Source of the DNA: Eutreptiella sp. 'Long Island Sound 2002'
Lineage: Eukaryota > Protista > Euglenida
Direction: 5' to 3'
Assembly: GCA_964036045.1 (NCBI GenBank)
Contig: OZ038378.1
Location: 163,308,001 to 163,372,000 of the forward strand
Length of the DNA stretch: 64,000 bases
A model generated the notes under the pieces. It saw nothing but the letters and a program-made list of their open reading frames with translations. It was not told where the DNA came from and did no database searches. The position numbers and the translations under genes were made by a program. Below are positions 59,583 through 64,000 of this stretch, in pieces; the first letter of the stretch is position 1, and each line of letters opens with the position of its first letter.

Positions 59583-61880
59583 GTCATCCACGCAAAGCAC
59601 AATACTAGCAGCACAGCACACAAAACAATTACAGACCACACTACGGCAAGCACACATAGCCCGCGTAAACCGAGATTTTGCCAGGGCAGCAATACCGAAC
59701 CGGGACGTACACCGCATCGCATCGCAGCTCAATATTCCATTCTACCGCCCTGTAAATGTGACAGTGCCATACATCACTCCCACGCAGCGCTCACAGGTCA
59801 CACAACTCATCAGCACAATGGTGCGAGCTACCAACTTGACGTCTTGGGAACGAAAAGCAGCACGTACACACACGTGTAGTGGCCTCCACTCCATTGAATA
59901 CCCGCCGTGCCTTTGAGCGACACGCAAACAAACACGCGAAAGCACACACTCGCCCAGCATGCGCCTGCACACCAGCACATCTCCACATCTGGCAGCAAGG
60001 TGGTCCTGTCTCCCTGGTACAAGGACATTACGCCCTCCTCCCCCTCACAGTCACACACGGCAAATCTATCATCAGAGCCACAGACCCCCTCCCATGCTCT
60101 GGCTCACGCTCCCACAAACATGCCATCCAAAGTCTTAGCCAATTGGCTGCCACACTCAAAGTTCAGAGCCGATTTTCCAAGTCAGTGCTATCGAAAGCAC
60201 TACCGCAGTCAGACTGGGACCGCCTCCCCACCCTCCGGCAGCACGTACAGAATGTGGCTGAACAACTGAGCACAGTGGCCTGCATCAGAGTCGCCGATAA
60301 AAGTTCCACCATGCTCTTTGGTTTCTGCCGGCAATGGGTATGGGATGAAACCCACCGCTTTTTCAGGGGCGAAGGTCACGAGTCCCAGGCAATACACACC
60401 AGTCCAGGCATCATGCAAGCACCGCGCTGCATCATACAACAGAACAAGTGGCCTGTTAACTCCTCCCGCACCCTACCACTGCTGTACTTGCTGGGCAAAG
60501 CCAAATCCTTAATCAAGCAATGTATCCTATGGCGGCCGATCGCAGCCGTTGTTGAGCCACAAATACAACGCTTTTTGTTATGCACAACAGCACGCGCGTT
60601 CACCTTACTCCTCAAACTGCTTGTTCAAGAGATCAAGGCTTCCTTTTTAGTCCTGCGCATTACCGACCTCCAGCCCTGGATTCATGGCCTTCCGGAATGG
60701 GGTTGCACGGTAGTAGGTGAATGTGACTGCTCGGGTCAATTTAACAACGTTACACCCCAGTCCGTAATGTCAGGCCTCGCTGAATCGGTCAAATGGCTGG
60801 CCAAGAAACGTCGATGGAACGCACAGGAACTGGTATGGAGCATCCACCGCGACAATAAGTCACTTGACAGAGCAGGTATGGGCACATCCAGCAGATTCAC
60901 ACACCTCCTGCACCAAGACCTCGAAAACCTGGTTTACTTCTCACTTTTAACAGACACATACACACAAGCCTCAGGTCACGTATGGTCACGGATAGGAGCA
61001 ATCCCAATGGGAGGCCCGTTTAGCGCCCAGAGTGCAGACTTGAGATCCATATGGGGTGCCAAGAAACACACAGATTTAATGCGAAAAATAGGCCAGCTTC
61101 ACTTCTCTCCAAGAGGACACCCACTATGGACCACACCACGAGGCAACACGGTGTCCTTCGCACAATTCAGGGACAACATCTTGGTCGGGGCCCGGGGACC
61201 GTCCCCGACACATGAAATGCAATCCGTGTGTGACACTCTATCTGAGGTATGGAACTTACCGGTTCTATGTGACTGCATGACAGAGGAGCAACGGGTATGC
61301 CAGCGCACATGCACTTCCCCCTCTCTCACTGCCATGGGTTTCACCGTACACCTCTGGAACGACTGTCCCCCCCTGATTTACGCCCAACCATCGGGTTTGA
61401 CAACCAGTTGGCGCCTGAAGTACACGGTAACCCTCCAGTCACCATCAGCACAAGCCCATAAACACGTTTCCAATATCCTGGTCAGTGCAGTTCTCAATGT
61501 ACAGCCCTTCTTGCATACATGGGCTTCGTGTTTGCTAAGTATCACGTCCTCGGCACAAGTTGCAATACTCTCTGGCTATTCCCGACCCACAGTCTTGCGC
61601 GCGTTGCACTCCACAGTGCCTCGCATTGTCGCCCGCACGACATGGGACGAAGACTAGACACTTATATGGTGCGAACATATCACTTATAAACTGCCTTCCA
61701 CCCGGGAGACAGTCTTTTTTCACCTTCATCGTTGGCTTCAATGCCATGCTATATGGTCAGACAGTGCGTATGCATCATGGCACATGCCACATGCAGGACC
61801 CTGCAGCGCGCACTGTGCAGACTGGTGCCACGATTTTCCTATTTTATCAGCGCTAACGCCGCTTTTAAACCCCTCGACAC
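59583..61880 (+). mobile_element. Penelope-like element (PLE) reverse transcriptase, probably 5'-truncated, no endonuclease seen
   Basis: CxC (PACAC), VADKSS, LGKAK, WRPIAA, CDCSGQFNNV, GAIPMGGPFSA and AQFRDNILV fit PLE RT motif order. There is a frameshift near 59870, then a stop at 61655-61657 and a frameshift in the C-terminal tail. Confidence 0.75.
59879..61657 (+). CDS. Main open segment (592 aa) of the Penelope-like RT
   Basis: Motifs as listed for the element; the catalytic site reads FRDN at 61166-61177. Confidence 0.8.
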   Translation: MASTPLNTRRAFERHANKHAKAHTRPACACTPAHLHIWQQGGPVSLVQGHYALLPLTVTHGKSIIRATDPLPCSGSRSHKHAIQSLSQLAATLKVQSRFSKSVLSKALPQSDWDRLPTLRQHVQNVAEQLSTVACIRVADKSSTMLFGFCRQWVWDETHRFFRGEGHESQAIHTSPGIMQAPRCIIQQNKWPVNSSRTLPLLYLLGKAKSLIKQCILWRPIAAVVEPQIQRFLLCTTARAFTLLLKLLVQEIKASFLVLRITDLQPWIHGLPEWGCTVVGECDCSGQFNNVTPQSVMSGLAESVKWLAKKRRWNAQELVWSIHRDNKSLDRAGMGTSSRFTHLLHQDLENLVYFSLLTDTYTQASGHVWSRIGAIPMGGPFSAQSADLRSIWGAKKHTDLMRKIGQLHFSPRGHPLWTTPRGNTVSFAQFRDNILVGARGPSPTHEMQSVCDTLSEVWNLPVLCDCMTEEQRVCQRTCTSPSLTAMGFTVHLWNDCPPLIYAQPSGLTTSWRLKYTVTLQSPSAQAHKHVSNILVSAVLNVQPFLHTWASCLLSITSSAQVAILSGYSRPTVLRALHSTVPRIVARTTWDED

Positions 61881-64000
61881 GAATTCCGTTGGGGCTAAGC
61901 CCCCGGGGGGAGGGCCCATCTCCATTTCCTATCTTATGAACTCAGAAGCCAGGTCGAATTTACAAGTCCAGTGGGTGAAGCTTAGCGTCGGCCACTGGCG
62001 TACCGCTGCACACCCACTGCTTTGCATCTCTGTGGCCCACCCACAGGCATCTTCGTGTCTCTTCTGCGACAGAAAGGTACCTATGGTCTTATAGGCCACT
62101 GACGAGCCCATTTTCTTTCTGCGCTTTGTGCTGTTTGCCGCCAGTGCACACGTGACATAGCCCAGAGTTCCTTCGGGGGGGTCTCCCCCCGCCCCTTCAA
62201 GCGATTCCCCCCCACGCTCCGGGTACATTTCGGTGGTTTGGACGCTCAAATATGGAGGTGTCGTATGCCTCATCCACGCAGTGGCTGTAATCTCCCCCAA
62301 CGAAATCTGTCTTTGGTTTCATTTTCCTGCCACGTTACCCGTGCGTGCCTCGCCGATTTGGATGCGGCCACCAGCACATGCAATCGTAGTGAGTGCCGCG
62401 TCGTGGCCGGGGACAGCGCCTCAGCAGAGCGGCAAACTGGAGTGCAATGTCGGCACAATTTTGGCACTGCCAAGTGCACACCAAAACCCCAATCCGGCCC
62501 CAAACCATCCGTGTTTCTCCTCTGCAGACCAACGATCGCTACGGCCAGAGGACGAGGCGGCCACCCTGATGCGTATCCGGACTCCTGCAGGCCCCTGCCC
62601 CCGCGCTCGGGCCACGGCTGTGCAGGGGAACTTCGCGCCGATGCCTGGGGTCGCCCAGAGCCTCGGCAGGCCGAACCGTATGAGCGGCGCCCCGACGCAG
62701 ACTCCTGGTTTTCTGACCCATGGTCTCATCCCACGAACTGTGATACCCGGAGGGAGTGTAAGTTTGGGTCGTGCAGCATTTCTTAACGATATGCCCCGCC
62801 CGCCCCCCCCCCCCCAACTGTGATTTGGGCATGGTCTGCCGGGTGCACGGATCGCTGTACGTTTGGGTTGTCTGAACGGGTGTGATACGCCGCAACACTC
62901 CCCCGTCGTGTCATTGTTGGTGGCAGGGTCCTGAGCATGTGTGTCATAAGATTGCTCATGAGCAGGGGCTTTGTCCAAACGACGCGTTGCTGGACACTTC
63001 AACTGATGGATGCCGCGGCTCTGCCGCGATGATACGTGTCGTGCTGTTGAGAATGCCAGAGTGAAATCTGGAGGGTGACGACCATCGTCGTGCTATGGCC
63101 AAACACCGCGTTGTTTGCGCGTGGGCGGTGGGGGGCCGTACCCCTGGCCACGATGTCTTGTTGGCACGCAGGCAACCGACAGTGAAATGCTGTCTTTCCC
63201 GAGCAGACCGCTGAAGAATAATACTCCAAGCCAAGCACCGTTCCCCACTTTGCGGCGATGGCCGGCCTGTCGCCGCCACGTAAACCCGTTTTAGCAACAG
63301 TTTTTTTTGGCATCGCATCGCGGCGTGACGCACTTCTTTAACGTTTGGCAAATCCCGAGCTGGGCCCTGAAGACCTGATTTTGGTGAAAAAAAAACGTCT
63401 TGCGTGTCCCGTCAAAGTGGCCCAAAGCCTTCCAGTGTTTCGGATTTCAGCGTTGCTGACCTGTTTGGAGGCTTTGGTCACCCAACATCTTGCAGAAGTG
63501 AATTTTTGTGAACGACCAATCCAGCCCCGAAAGAGCTACAGTGGCTGCCGAGATCCACACGAATTGGGCCGTTGCGGCCAATCAGATCCGCCCCACCTGA
63601 TCTTCCGGGCCACTGGGTCACCCAGGGTCCAAACCAGGCCTTTGCTTAGTGGCTGGTTGATACTATACCGGGGGGGGGGGGTGGGTGGGTGGGTGGGTCT
63701 GAGGCTGGGTGGGTGGGTTTGTCTGGGTTTTCCCTGATCTTGGGAAAAATGCACATACCCCCCAGGGGGGGGTGTCCGCTTTGTTGGGTGGGTGGGTGGG
63801 TTGCTGAGCTTGGTAGACCGCCAATGTTGTTCATGGGCCAAGGCACATTGTGACACATAGGGGTGCTGCCACTTTGTGCAGACCTGTTTTGCTTTGCACT
63901 TTTGTACATGGTCCTTGAGCTAAACCTGTCAGAGTGTGTCAGTGATCCAGTGGTTATAGCAGAGGTTCTGCAAAATAAAGGCGTGGGTTCAAACCCAGCT

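Noticed and set aside
63230-63300. GIY-YIG endonuclease for the PLE (RVYVAATGRP)
   Set aside because: Opposite strand to the RT, lacks the first motif and the conserved R/E residues; likely chance.
1-64000. rRNA, tRNA or snRNA genes
   Set aside because: No cloverleaf, A/B-box pair or conserved rRNA/snRNA segment was recognised by eye; a covariance-model scan would be needed to exclude them.

Overview
Eukaryotic, repeat-rich nuclear DNA, almost certainly from a euglenid, because it contains an exact euglenid spliced-leader (SL) exon. The first 18 kb is a three-level nest of minus-strand retroelements whose junctions can be rebuilt to the base. (1) An outer tyrosine-recombinase (YR) retrotransposon A, order gag-YR-RT, runs off the window start. 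(2) A second YR retrotransposon B (2806-17598) is inserted into the gag of A; it has split direct repeats A1...B1-A2-spacer-B2 and a 4-bp AAAC crossover core. (3) A ~9-kb L1/Tx1-like LINE (7916-16882; ORF1, APE-RT-CCHC-RNase H, plus an extra ORF3) is inserted into the zinc knuckle of B's gag with a 13-bp TSD. The strongest signal is the LINE 5' end: a complete 26-nt SL followed by a 16-nt SL relic that starts exactly after the SL's internal AG. This implies at least two successive rounds of SL trans-splicing and retrotransposition. The rest of the window holds a 31-bp minisatellite, a MITE-like element, a multi-exon minus-strand gene of unknown function, scattered plus-strand exons, degenerate LINE remnants, and a Penelope-like RT with FRDN in place of YxDD. 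I recognised no rRNA, tRNA or CRISPR array. All family assignments come from motifs read by eye; no database search was run.
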